From the IMG/VR virus record IMGVR_UViG_2703718798_000005: DNA of 49,477 nucleotides, one strand, 5' to 3'. A model generated the notes under the pieces. That model did no database searches. It was not told the DNA's origin and worked only from the letters and a program-made list of their open reading frames with translations. Each line of letters begins with the position of its first letter. Position 1 is the stretch's first letter. The translations under genes were made by a program, and so were the position numbers. The stretch comes from a virus. Its lineage: Duplodnaviria > Heunggongvirae > Uroviricota > Caudoviricetes. This document shows, one piece after another, positions 38,372 to 47,947 of this stretch.

Positions 38372-40411
38372 ATGACGTCCAAATGGGTTCAACTATCATC
38401 AATGCCCGGAAACTTTACTGTTAAAGTTTCCGGTGGTACAGCGGCATTTCTTGAGGCTCCCTTTCCTCCGGCCGAAACAAAAGGAGGAATGACATTTGCT
38501 GACTGTCTCATCAGTTTTAATACACGGGATTGCCTGTGGGTAAGGCCAGTATCCGGTGATCCGAGTGTGGAAATTACCGGAGCGGGTATTGGTGCGGTCA
38601 TTCCGTTAAGTGCTGATGTTGCCGGTACTGCTGAACCGTCAGACTGGGATAATGCTGAAACACATACCCGTCCGTCAGGAAATGAAACTGCTTCCAGCTC
38701 CCCTTCCTGGTATTACGTGGTGGTTCTTGCTGGTCAGTCAAACGGTATGGCTTACGGTGAAGGTCTGCCACTGCCGGAGACATATGACCGCCCCGAACCG
38801 CGTATTATGCAGTTAGCCCGTCGCAGTACAGTCACGCCGGGAGGTAAAGCCTGTCAGTATAACGACATCATTCTGGCCGACCACTGTCTGCATGATGTGC
38901 AGGATATGAGTGGAAAAAATCACCCGAAAGCGGATGTGGCTAAAGGGCAATATGGCACCGTGGGTCAGGGGCTTCACATTGCCAAAAAACTGCTGCCGTT
39001 TATTCCGGCAGATGCGGGGATTCTGCTGGTTCCCTGCTGCCGTGGTGGTTCTGCATTCACGGCGGGTGCTGACGGCACGTACAGTGACAGCACGGGTGCT
39101 TCAGAGGACTCAGCCCGCTGGGGTGTGGATAAGCCGCTGTATAAGGACTTAATCAGCCGGACAAAAGCGGCACTGGCGAAGAACCCGAAAAACCGCCTGC
39201 TTGCTGTGGTGTGGATGCAGGGCGAGTTTGATATTGATGCGAAGCCGACGGAGCATTCTGCGCTGTTTCTGGCGATGGTGGAAAAATTCCGCGCAGACCT
39301 GGCTGAACAGGCGGAACAGTGTACCGGTGGCAGTGCTGCTGGCGTTCCGTGGATTTGTGGCGATACCACGTATTTCTGGAAACAGAAAAATGAACCAGCA
39401 TACCAGGCAATCTATGGCGGCTACAAAAACAAAACAGATAAAAACATTCATTTCGTTCCATTAATGACAGATGAAAATGGCGTGAATGTACCCACCAACA
39501 ATCCGGCAGAAGACCCGGATATTGAATCCATTGGTTATTACGGCTCAACGTGGCGTAACAGTGCCGCTACCTGGACATCTGCGGACCGGGCCAGCCATTT
39601 CAGTGCCTGGGCGCGCCGGGGTATTATTTCTGACCGTCTGGCCACGGCTGTTCTGACTCATGCAGGGCGAACCACAGTAAAAGCCGATGTTCCATCTTCT
39701 GAAACTGAAGCACCAGTGCCGTCACCTTCAGAAACTGAAGCAGTAACCACAACACTGCTGTCTTACCGTGTCAGTGAGTCAGAAGGAAATCTGAAAGCCC
39801 AGGGCTGGGAGCCGGCTGGCGGTAAAGCTGAAATTATCAGTGATGCAGGAGGCACAGGTGGTAAGGCAATGAAACTGACCAAGGAAACAGGTAAATCATC
39901 CTGGTATCTGGATCATGATGCCGGTACTGGTGCTGAACTGCTGAAAAATGGTGGTTTAATCAGTTGTCGTTTTAAAGTACCTGGCGACCTGGTGGCAAAC
40001 CAGTATGTCATGGCGCTTTACTGGCCGGTTTCCTCTCTGCCGCAGGGTGTCACCCTGACAGGGGATGCAGGGAATAATCTGCTGGCATCGTTCTACATCC
40101 AGACAGACGCAAAAGACCTGAATGTGATGTACCACAATGCAAAAGTGGCAACAAATAACCAGAAACTGGGAACCTTTGGTGCATTTGATAATGAATGGCA
40201 TACGCTGGCCTTCCGTTTTGCAGGAAATAACAGCCTTCAGGTTATTCCGGTTATTGATGGTCAGGATGGTGCCGCGTTTACCCTGACGCAGTCACCAGTA
40301 GGAACTTTCCCGGTGGACAAACTCCGCGTAACGGATATCACCAAAAATGCAACTTACCCGGTGCTGATTGACAGCATTGTGGTGGAAGTGAAAAAAGCGG
40401 TAACAGAATAA
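38372..40411 (+). CDS. Cargo protein: SASA/SGNH-type esterase domain (sialate O-acetylesterase-like, NanS-p-like) with a lectin-like C-terminal domain
   Basis: 679 aa; YYVVVLAGQSNGMAYGEG block resembles the GQSN motif of DUF303/SASA esterases; C-terminal 200 aa may be a ConA-like beta-sandwich; no counterpart at this position in Mu. Confidence 0.55.
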   Translation: MTSKWVQLSSMPGNFTVKVSGGTAAFLEAPFPPAETKGGMTFADCLISFNTRDCLWVRPVSGDPSVEITGAGIGAVIPLSADVAGTAEPSDWDNAETHTRPSGNETASSSPSWYYVVVLAGQSNGMAYGEGLPLPETYDRPEPRIMQLARRSTVTPGGKACQYNDIILADHCLHDVQDMSGKNHPKADVAKGQYGTVGQGLHIAKKLLPFIPADAGILLVPCCRGGSAFTAGADGTYSDSTGASEDSARWGVDKPLYKDLISRTKAALAKNPKNRLLAVVWMQGEFDIDAKPTEHSALFLAMVEKFRADLAEQAEQCTGGSAAGVPWICGDTTYFWKQKNEPAYQAIYGGYKNKTDKNIHFVPLMTDENGVNVPTNNPAEDPDIESIGYYGSTWRNSAATWTSADRASHFSAWARRGIISDRLATAVLTHAGRTTVKADVPSSETEAPVPSPSETEAVTTTLLSYRVSESEGNLKAQGWEPAGGKAEIISDAGGTGGKAMKLTKETGKSSWYLDHDAGTGAELLKNGGLISCRFKVPGDLVANQYVMALYWPVSSLPQGVTLTGDAGNNLLASFYIQTDAKDLNVMYHNAKVATNNQKLGTFGAFDNEWHTLAFRFAGNNSLQVIPVIDGQDGAAFTLTQSPVGTFPVDKLRVTDITKNATYPVLIDSIVVEVKKAVTE

Positions 40412-40447
40412 AAAAATCCCGCCGGTCATGATATGGCTGGCGGGAGC
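40412..40447. terminator. Hairpin flanked by an A-tract (terminator-like, better oriented for the minus strand)
   Basis: AAAAAAA-TCCCGCC...GGCGGGA; on the minus strand the hairpin is followed by TTTTTTT. Confidence 0.4.
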
Positions 40448-40557
40448 TACCTAACCCATAAAGGAAAATAAAAATACTCCCGAAGGAGTGGTTATCAGTC
40501 GCTTCGATGTTTTTACCCGATAACGAATTATGTAGTCAATATCAAAGGTAAGGTTAT

Positions 40558-40740
40558 ATGACATTCGTTCATACAATGCTGCTTTATTTCTGCGCTGTGG
40601 TCAGTGCGTTATATCTGGTGAGCGGCGGTTATAAGGTCATCAGAAATTATATTCGCCGTAAAATTGATGATGCGGCAGCTGAAAAACTCAGTAAAACAGC
40701 ACAGGCACCGTCATCCCCAAACGACCCGACCCCGCTCTGA
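40558..40740 (+). CDS. Small predicted membrane protein (cargo region)
   Basis: 60 aa; N-terminal TM helix LLYFCAVVSALYLVSGG. Confidence 0.35.
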   Translation: MTFVHTMLLYFCAVVSALYLVSGGYKVIRNYIRRKIDDAAAEKLSKTAQAPSSPNDPTPL

Positions 40741-40775
40741 TAACGGGGCAATATACCTGCAAAAGGAGAATATTC

Positions 40776-41021
40776 ATGCCAGAGATTAAAGGCACGGTTA
40801 CTGAAGAGCTTGTCAAACAGGCACTTTATTCTGAAGAAGTGAACCGCGTGCTGAAGGCGCAGGTTCGCAAGGATTTTGAGGCACAAATCGACGCATATGT
40901 TGATGAAGTGCTGGCCCGAATGGTTGGCCGTTCTCCGGCTGAAAACAGCACGGAAAATGATCCTCAACCCGTAGAGCAACCAGAGCCGGTTCAGCCCGGA
41001 ACTGACGGTACTATGATGTAA
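40776..41021 (+). CDS. Small acidic hypothetical protein (cargo region)
   Basis: 81 aa ORF with RBS AAAGGAGAA. Confidence 0.4.
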   Translation: MPEIKGTVTEELVKQALYSEEVNRVLKAQVRKDFEAQIDAYVDEVLARMVGRSPAENSTENDPQPVEQPEPVQPGTDGTMM

Positions 41022-41569
41022 CAATACCGACCGGCAGGTTTCCCTGCCGGGTGAGTTTGTTAATGCACGTTTTGTGTATTTTCCCTCCTGGGAGAACAGG
41101 CAGGACATATCAGCATCCTGAAACAGGAAGCATTTTTGGGTTTGTATGTCTTGCCATTTTGAGATCGAGAACGGCGATAGATGAGCTGTAAGGGAGTCTT
41201 ACAGGCAGGGCAAACAGGCTCTTTCATCCATGATAAAGATCTCCTTTTTATGCATCTCTGCTTTACAGGAGACTGGGGAATATCATAGGATACGCCACGA
41301 GCTCGAAGTAAAGCATTGATGCAAAATTGTCTAAATCGGCCCAGAATAGTTCGCGCTATCTGGGTCGCTCTTTATGTATGTAGTATCCCATTGATTTGAA
41401 ACATACTACATATACGCGCGATCCTACCTTCACTATATAAAAAGTCAATAAAATGATCATTTTATGATCGTTTTCACCACCTAACTCTTCGTTTTCTTTA
41501 AGTAAATAATCACCTACCTGAATCATTGTTGATGACTTTTCAATCTATTTGTTGTATCAATTAAACAAA

Positions 41570-41640
41570 TCGAATCGATCGTTTTTGTCGATCGATTGCA
41601 TGAGAAAGGCATCAACAACAAAGCAGGAGGTTATGCGGCC
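41570..41640 (+). promoter_or_regulatory. com-mom promoter-proximal region with paired GATC sites
   Basis: GATC at about 41577 and 41590 within ATCGAATCGATCGTTTTTGTCGATCGATTG; RBS AGGAGG before com. Confidence 0.4.
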
Positions 41641-41841
41641 ATGTATCGAAACATACGGTGCCGACACTGCAATAAGCTACTGGCACGGGCCAGTTTCAGT
41701 TATCTGGAAGTAAAATGTCCGCGCTGTAAAACCCTCAATCAAATCACATCTCCGAGCGCCACAGAGCACCCCACATACACAAGGAAATCCTGTCGTGGGG
41801 AACAGAAAGCAAGTCACATCCCGAATCATCAGCACGCCTGA
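41641..41841 (+). CDS. com: Com-like zinc-finger translational activator of mom
   Basis: Start moved to ATG 41641; [14 protein letters not shown]...[11 protein letters not shown] four-Cys pattern like Mu Com; overlaps the mom start. Confidence 0.75.
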   Translation: MYRNIRCRHCNKLLARASFSYLEVKCPRCKTLNQITSPSATEHPTYTRKSCRGEQKASHIPNHQHA

Positions 41842-42532
41842 ACTTATTCGCTATAACGACAATATCGTTGGTTATGGCTCCCGTGAGTTGCGGGTTGAGA
41901 CAATAAGTTGCTGGCTGGCCAGACTGGTCATCGTCAATAAACATTACAGCCACCGTTTCGTAAATAACTCCTACCTTCATCTGGGCATATTTTCAGAACG
42001 GGAACTTGTTGGCGTAATGCAATGGGGTTACGCCCTTAACCCAAACAGTGGTGCACGCGTCGTAACGGGTACGCAGAACCGAGAATATATGGAGCTTAAC
42101 CGGCTATGGCTGCATGACTGTATGCCGAGAAACTCCGAATCAAGGGCAATCAGTTACGCGCTCAAGCTAATCAGGCAGCTTTATCCGCAGGTACAGTGGG
42201 TTCAGTCGTTTGCAGATGAGCGTTGTGGCTGTCTTGGTGTCGTGTATCAGGCAAGCAATTTTGATTATGTAGGCAGCCATGAATCAATATTCTATGAACT
42301 TGATGGCGAGTGGTATCACGAGATTTGCAGGAATGCCATTAAACGAGGCGGACAACGAGGTGAACATCTGAGGGCTAATATTGACAGAGCCAATGTTCAT
42401 AAGTTCCGACAGTTTCGTTACATCCGGTTTCTGAACAAGAGGGCCAAAAAACGCCTCAACACAAAGCTATTCAAAGTCCAGCCTTACCCAAAACCACAAA
42501 CAGTTAAAACTGGTTTGAAAGAGAGTGAATGA
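41795..42532 (+). CDS. mom: Mom-like DNA modification protein
   Basis: 245 aa; last gene at the right end and overlapped by com, as in Mu; start codon uncertain. Confidence 0.75.
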   Translation: MGNRKQVTSRIISTPELIRYNDNIVGYGSRELRVETISCWLARLVIVNKHYSHRFVNNSYLHLGIFSERELVGVMQWGYALNPNSGARVVTGTQNREYMELNRLWLHDCMPRNSESRAISYALKLIRQLYPQVQWVQSFADERCGCLGVVYQASNFDYVGSHESIFYELDGEWYHEICRNAIKRGGQRGEHLRANIDRANVHKFRQFRYIRFLNKRAKKRLNTKLFKVQPYPKPQTVKTGLKESE

Positions 42533-42584
42533 GCGCTTAAAAACTCATTCTAAAACTCAAAAGAAAAGCGCCGATTTAGTATCA

Positions 42585-42659
42585 AATAAGTTGCGTATCG
42601 GCGTTTTTCAGCAGTATCAAATGAAATGCAAATCGGTATCAAAAAAATCGCCGCGCTAT
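42585..42659. repeat. Prophage right end (attR-like) with three inverted TTTGATAC repeats
   Basis: AGTATCAAA at about 42588, AGTATCAAA at about 42613, GGTATCAAA at about 42636. Confidence 0.5.
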
Positions 42660-42660
42660 A

Positions 42661-45441
42661 TGGGATGAATACCATCACCTGCTGGCCCGCCACTCCCCTG
42701 CCGGGCGGGTGGAGAAATTTGAATACAACGCCGCACATGGTCAGTTAAGCTGTTATACGGCGGCAGACGGCGCGGAGTGGCAGTACTGCTATGATGAGCG
42801 CGGCCTGCTCAGCAACATCACCGACCCTGCCGGGCAGACGTGGACGCAGCAGTGTGATGAACGCGGCCTGCCGGTGAGTCTGGTGTCGCCACAGGGCGAA
42901 GAGACCCGGCTGGCATACACCGCACAGGGGCTGCTGTCGGGAATATTCCGCCAGGATGAACGGCACCTGGGCATAGAGTACGACCACCACAACCGGCCGG
43001 AAACACTCACCGACGTGATGGGCCGTGAACACCACACCGAATACAGTGGTCACGACCTGCCGGTGAAGATGCGCGGCCCCGGCGGTTAGTCAGTGCGGTT
43101 GCAGTGGCAGCAGCACCATAAACTGAGCGGCCTTGAGCGGGCAGGAACCGGCGCAGAAGGATTCCGCTATGACCGCCACGGCAACCTGCTGGCGTACACG
43201 GACGGTAACGGCGTTGTCTGGACAATGGAATACGGCCCGTTTGATTTGCCGGTGGCGCGAACGGACGGTGAAGGCCACCGCTGGCAGTACCGCTACGATA
43301 AAGACACGCTGCAACTGACAGAAGTCATTAACCCGCAGGGCGAGTCTTATCTTTATATTCTGGACAACTGTGGCCGGGTGACGGAAGAACGTGACTGGGG
43401 CGGCGTGGTCTGTCGTTACCGCTATGACGCCGATGGCCTGTGTACCGCCAGGGTTAACGGCCTGGAGGAAACTATCCTCTACAGCCGGGACGCCGCAGGC
43501 CGCCTGGCAGAAATCATCACGCCGGAAGGCAAAACGCAGTATGCGTATGACAAATCCGGCAGGCTGACGGGTATCTTCAGCCCGGACGGCACATCACAGC
43601 GCACCGGCTATGATGAACGCGGGCGGGTGAATGTCACCACTCAGGGCCGACGGGCCATTGAATACCACTACCCCGACGAACACACCGTCATCCGCTGTAT
43701 CCTGCCACCGGAAGATGAACGCGACAGACACCCCGATGAATCCCTGCTGAAAACCACGTACCGTTATAACGCCGCCGGAGAACTGACGGAGGTCATTCTG
43801 CCGGGGGATGAGACGCTGACGTTCAGCCGTGATGAGGCGGGACGTGAAGTGCTCCGGCACAGTAACCGGGGTTTTGCCTGTGAGCAGGGCTGGAATGCAG
43901 CCAGCCAGCTTGTCACCCAGCGCGCCGGATTTTTCCCGGAGGAAACCACATGGGGCGGGCTGCTCCCCTCACTGGTACGGGAGTACCGTTACGACAGCGC
44001 GGGCAATGTGTCGGCTGTCACCAGCCGGGAAGATTACGGACGGGAAACACGGCGGGAGTACCGGCTGGACCGGAACGGTCAGGTCACGGCGGTGACAGCC
44101 TCAGGCACCGGGCTGGGCTATGGCGAAGGCGATGAGTCCTATGGCTATGACAGTTGTGGCTACCTGAAGGCGCAGTCTGCGGGCAGGCACCGGATAAGTG
44201 AAGAGACTGACCAGTATGCCGGAGGCCACCGGCTGAAACAGGCCGGAAACACGCAGTATGACTATGACGCCGCAGGCCGGATGGTCAGCCGCACAAAACA
44301 CCGTGACGGCTACCGCCCGGAAACAGAGCGGTTCCGGTGGGACAGCCGGGACCAGCTGACCGGGTATTGCAGCGCACAGGGTGAACAGTGGGAATACCGC
44401 CACGACGCCAGCGGCAGACGAACAGAGAAACGCTGTGACAGGAAGAAAATCCGCTTCACGTACCTGTGGGATGGCGACAGTATTGCGGAAATCCGGGAAT
44501 ACCGCGATGATGAACTGTACAGCGTACGGCACCTGGTGTTTAACGGCTTTGAGCTGATAAGCCAGCAGTGCAGCCGGGTACGGCAGCCGCACCCGTCCGT
44601 GGCCCCGCAGTGGGTGACGCGAACGAATCATGCGGTGAGCGACCTGACGGGCCGCCCGCTGATGCTCTTTAACAGTGAAGGTAAAACCGTCTGGCGGCCG
44701 GGGCAGACCAGCCTGTGGGGGCTGGCACTCAGCCTGCCCGCAGACACCGGCTACCCGGACCCGCGCGGGGAGCGGGACCCGGAAGCGGACCCCGGCCTGC
44801 TGTATGCGGGACAGTGGCAGGATGCAGAATCGGGGCTGTGCTATAACCGGTTCCGGTACTACGAGCCGGAAACCGGGATGTACCTGGTGAGTGATCCGCT
44901 GGGGTTGCAGGGAGGGGAGCAGACTTACCGGTATGTGCCGAATCCTTGTGGGTATATCGATCCTTTGGGGCTGGCTATATGTCAGTTAGCCCGCTGGACG
45001 AAATGGGGGAGTGAGCAAAGCAACATATCTGATGTTTTGAACTCATTAGGGAATAGAGCACTTAAATATGCTAATGGTGATTGGATAAAATCAGAGGCTG
45101 CATTCAATAAATACATAAACATGATAAATAAAAGACTAGAATTAACAGGTAGTAAATTTAGAGTTGAGATTCAACCAGCCATAAAAAATGGAGAGCGAGT
45201 TCCTGCGACAACGAATGGACCATTTAAAGTAAATGGTAAGTGGACATCCGGCACTCATTATACAGGTGGTTCCAAACGTCTAGATGCCGGTATTATTGAT
45301 ATCACATCTCCTACAAACCAATATGGATTACATCCAGTTATTGAAGGATTTGATATAACACTTAATAAAACAAAACCATCAGCAGTGGATATATATTCAG
45401 ATGTGTTTGGTGGGATTGATATTAACGACATTCGGTTATAA
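42661..45441 (+). pseudogene. rhs: rhs effector, 3' portion (Rhs repeat core and C-terminal toxin tip), with in-frame TAG at 43087-43089
   Basis: Frame continues the 5' fragment; ORF track splits it into 42709-43089 and 43093-45441 around a TAG; DPLGL-type demarcation (YIDPLGLA) at about 44960; low-GC C-terminal tip of about 150 aa. Confidence 0.8.
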
Positions 45442-45458
45442 AACAATAAGGCGGCAAT

Positions 45459-45866
45459 ATGAAAGAGATTGATTTATTATATGAAAATATTTATCAGCTT
45501 TTAATTAAACCTTACCTACTCGATCTTTCTAGCCAGTCTGGAAAAAAAATAGAAGTAAATTACACATGCAAAATAAAAGATGCTGCTGATGAAATAAAGG
45601 GTAGTATGATTTTTAATGATGTAGATGGTAAACAAAAAGCAACTTGCACTATCAGGGTGTTAATACTAAAAACATTTCACGATGGTCGTTATAGATTTGT
45701 AATTGAATCTGTGATTTATGATTTAATTAATAATTACAGTGGATTTATTTTAACGGGGAGATTGTTTTGGCAAGGGGAAGGTTTTGGCCATGAATTATTC
45801 CCCGTGACAAACAAATATAATGCTTGGAGATGGAAAAATAAAAAAATAATAGATATTTCTTGGTAA
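45459..45866 (+). CDS. Putative Rhs immunity protein (cognate to the main toxin tip)
   Basis: 135 aa AT-rich ORF 17 nt downstream of the rhs stop. Confidence 0.6.
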   Translation: MKEIDLLYENIYQLLIKPYLLDLSSQSGKKIEVNYTCKIKDAADEIKGSMIFNDVDGKQKATCTIRVLILKTFHDGRYRFVIESVIYDLINNYSGFILTGRLFWQGEGFGHELFPVTNKYNAWRWKNKKIIDISW

Positions 45867-45879
45867 GGAAAATATTCCC

Positions 45880-46905
45880 CGAAAGAGGCCACATGGGGAA
45901 TACTGCTCCCCTCACTGGTACGGGAGTACCGTTACGACAGCGCGGGTAACGTATCAGGCGTCACCAGCCGGGAAGATTACGGACGGGAAACACAGCGGGA
46001 GTACCGGCTTGACCGGAACGGCCAGGTCACGGCGGTGACAGCCTCAGGCACCGGGCTGGGCTATGGCGAAGGCGATGAGTCCTATGGCTATGACAGTTGT
46101 GGCTACCTGAAGGCGCAGTCTGCGGGCGGGCACCGGATAAGTGAAGAGACTGACCAGTATGCCGGAGGCCACCGGCTGAAACAGGCCGGAAACACGCAGT
46201 ATGACTATGACGCCGCAGGCCGGATGGTCAGCCGCACCAGACACCGTGACGGCTATCGCCCGGAAACAGAGCGGTTCCGGTGGGACAGCCGGGACCAGCT
46301 GACCGGGTATTGCAGCGCACAGGGTGAGCAGTGGGAATACCGCCACGACGCCAGCGGCAGACGGACGGAAAAACGCTGTGACCGGAAGAAAATCCGTTTT
46401 ACGTACCTGTGGGACGGCGACAGTATTGCGGAAATCCGGGAATACCGCGATGATGAACTGTACAGCGTACGGCACCTGGTGTTTAACGGCTTTGAGCTGA
46501 TAAGCCAGCAGTGCAGCCGGGTACGGCAGCCGCACCCGTCCGTGGCCCCGCAGTGGGTGACACGAACGAATCATGCGGTAAGCGACCTGACGGGCCGCCC
46601 GCTGATGCTCTTTAACAGTGAAGGCAAGACGGTCTGGCGACCGGGACAGACCAGCCTGTGGGGGCTGGCACTCAGCCTGCCCGCAGACACAGACTACCCG
46701 GACCCGCGCGGGGAGCTGGACGCGGAAGCCGACCCCGGCCTGCTGTATGCAGGACAGTGGCAGGATGCAGAATCGGGGTTGTGCTATAACCGGTTCCGAT
46801 ATTACGAGCCGGAAACCGGGATGTACCTGGTGAGTGATCCACTGGGGTTGCTGGGGGGTAAGCAGACTTACCGGTATGTGCCGAATCCACTGGGGTATAT
46901 TGATC
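45880..46905 (+). repeat. Duplicated rhs core segment (orphan copy of about 43945-44930)
   Basis: Near-identical DNA to the main rhs core; translations match over long stretches (ASGTGLGYGEGDESYGYDSCGYLKAQSAG...). Confidence 0.85.
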
Positions 46906-47306
46906 CGCTGGGGCTGGTAAAAACTTCTGTTCCCGCAGAAAAAATAAGCCTTTCGGATAAAGCAAGAGATCTTTTTAGACAAGGAAAAGTAAGAGAAGCA
47001 TTAGATGTTCATTATGAGGATCTTGTACGAAGAAAGCTTGGTGGTATATCTCAAGAAATTGCCGGGCGTGAATATGATGTTGTTACTGACAAGATCATAG
47101 CGCAGGTCAAGAGGACTTATAGCTCTATAGATAATCCAAAAAACTTCTTAAGTAAGTCTACTCGGACACAAATTAAGAAGACAATTGAGCTGGCTGAAGA
47201 ACAGGGGAAAGAGGCTCAGTTTTGGTTTAAATATGGAGTAAGCCCTAAAGTAAGAGAATATATAGAAAGCAAAGGTGGGAAAGTTATATTGGGTATGGGG
47301 AATTAA
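46035..47306 (+). CDS. Orphan Rhs C-terminal module with a different toxin tip
   Basis: ORF starting at an internal start codon within the duplicated core; after DPLGLV (about 46905) the sequence differs completely from the main tip and becomes AT-rich. Confidence 0.65.
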   Translation: MTASGTGLGYGEGDESYGYDSCGYLKAQSAGGHRISEETDQYAGGHRLKQAGNTQYDYDAAGRMVSRTRHRDGYRPETERFRWDSRDQLTGYCSAQGEQWEYRHDASGRRTEKRCDRKKIRFTYLWDGDSIAEIREYRDDELYSVRHLVFNGFELISQQCSRVRQPHPSVAPQWVTRTNHAVSDLTGRPLMLFNSEGKTVWRPGQTSLWGLALSLPADTDYPDPRGELDAEADPGLLYAGQWQDAESGLCYNRFRYYEPETGMYLVSDPLGLLGGKQTYRYVPNPLGYIDPLGLVKTSVPAEKISLSDKARDLFRQGKVREALDVHYEDLVRRKLGGISQEIAGREYDVVTDKIIAQVKRTYSSIDNPKNFLSKSTRTQIKKTIELAEEQGKEAQFWFKYGVSPKVREYIESKGGKVILGMGN

Positions 47307-47307
47307 C

Positions 47308-47673
47308 ATGTCAAGATATATACTTATTAGAGGTTGGTTTGAGTGCGACTTTGAACAAGTAAAAAAAATAAAAGAAGCTAATGAAGAATTTTTCAAACAT
47401 TCTGAAAAATATTTATTACCAGAAAACACGAAACGACTTTATTTAAATGGGTGGTGTTACCCAGAATATCCTATCAACTGGGTTAGCGTTATTTCCTTAG
47501 GTGTTAATATAAATCAAATTGCATTTGATTATATAAAAGACATGATTGTAAATGTTTCAAGAACTGAAAGATTGGATGGTTATTTTCGTGTGAATGATGA
47601 TGAAGATAATTTATTCTTAGAATGGATTGTAAAAGATGGTTATTTAGAGGAAATAATTTTGTCTGGTTCATAA
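47308..47673 (+). CDS. Putative immunity protein for the orphan toxin tip
   Basis: 121 aa ORF beginning at the ATG overlapping the toxin stop; AT-rich. Confidence 0.55.
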   Translation: MSRYILIRGWFECDFEQVKKIKEANEEFFKHSEKYLLPENTKRLYLNGWCYPEYPINWVSVISLGVNINQIAFDYIKDMIVNVSRTERLDGYFRVNDDEDNLFLEWIVKDGYLEEIILSGS

Positions 47674-47703
47674 ATTCATCTTCTTTGTTGAGAAGATTAA
47701 CTG

Positions 47704-47848
47704 CCTAGGTGAAATTATCCTCTATGACCGGGACGCTGCAGGCCACCTGGCAGAAGTCATCACGCAGGAAGACAAGTCGCTGTATCCCTTTGAAAAATCC
47801 GGCAGGCTAATGGGCATCTTCAGCCCAGGCGGCACATCACAGCGAATT
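47704..47848 (+). pseudogene. Decayed rhs core remnant
   Basis: About 75 percent identity to rhs core at about 43470-43612 by eye; no intact ORF. Confidence 0.55.
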
Positions 47849-47947
47849 TGAAGGCAAATGCGAAAATTAGTGATCTTGAAGTTCATACAGTATTGGTAAA
47901 AACAGGCGAAGCTTTTCCAATGTGTAAGAATTTTCAAATTTCAATAT

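Larger units (their letters stand above)
3168..42659. mobile_element. Mu-like transposable prophage (about 39.5 kb), apparently complete apart from a frameshifted N-like gene
   Basis: Left-to-right order repressor(-), ner, DDE transposase A, B, early ORFs, gam, Mor/C, lysis, terminase, portal, F, G, I, T, sheath, tube, tape measure, baseplate, tail fibre, invertible segment, gin, com, mom; no integrase; begins with TG; ATGGG directly flanks both ends; ends placed from the flanking rhs reading frame. Confidence 0.85.

Noticed and set aside
3168-42659. Alternative interpretation as a lambdoid or P2-like integrative prophage
   Set aside because: No integrase or tRNA-associated att site; DDE transposase A plus B, gin with invertible segment, com-mom and a flanking 5-bp direct repeat all point to a transposable Mu-like phage.
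44101-44631. 176 aa minus-strand ORF inside the rhs core
   Set aside because: Antisense artefact of rhs; the same ORF reappears (46044-46982) only because the underlying rhs DNA is duplicated.
46044-46982. 312 aa minus-strand ORF inside the orphan rhs copy
   Set aside because: Antisense to the orphan rhs core duplicate; near-identical to the antisense ORF at 44101-44631.
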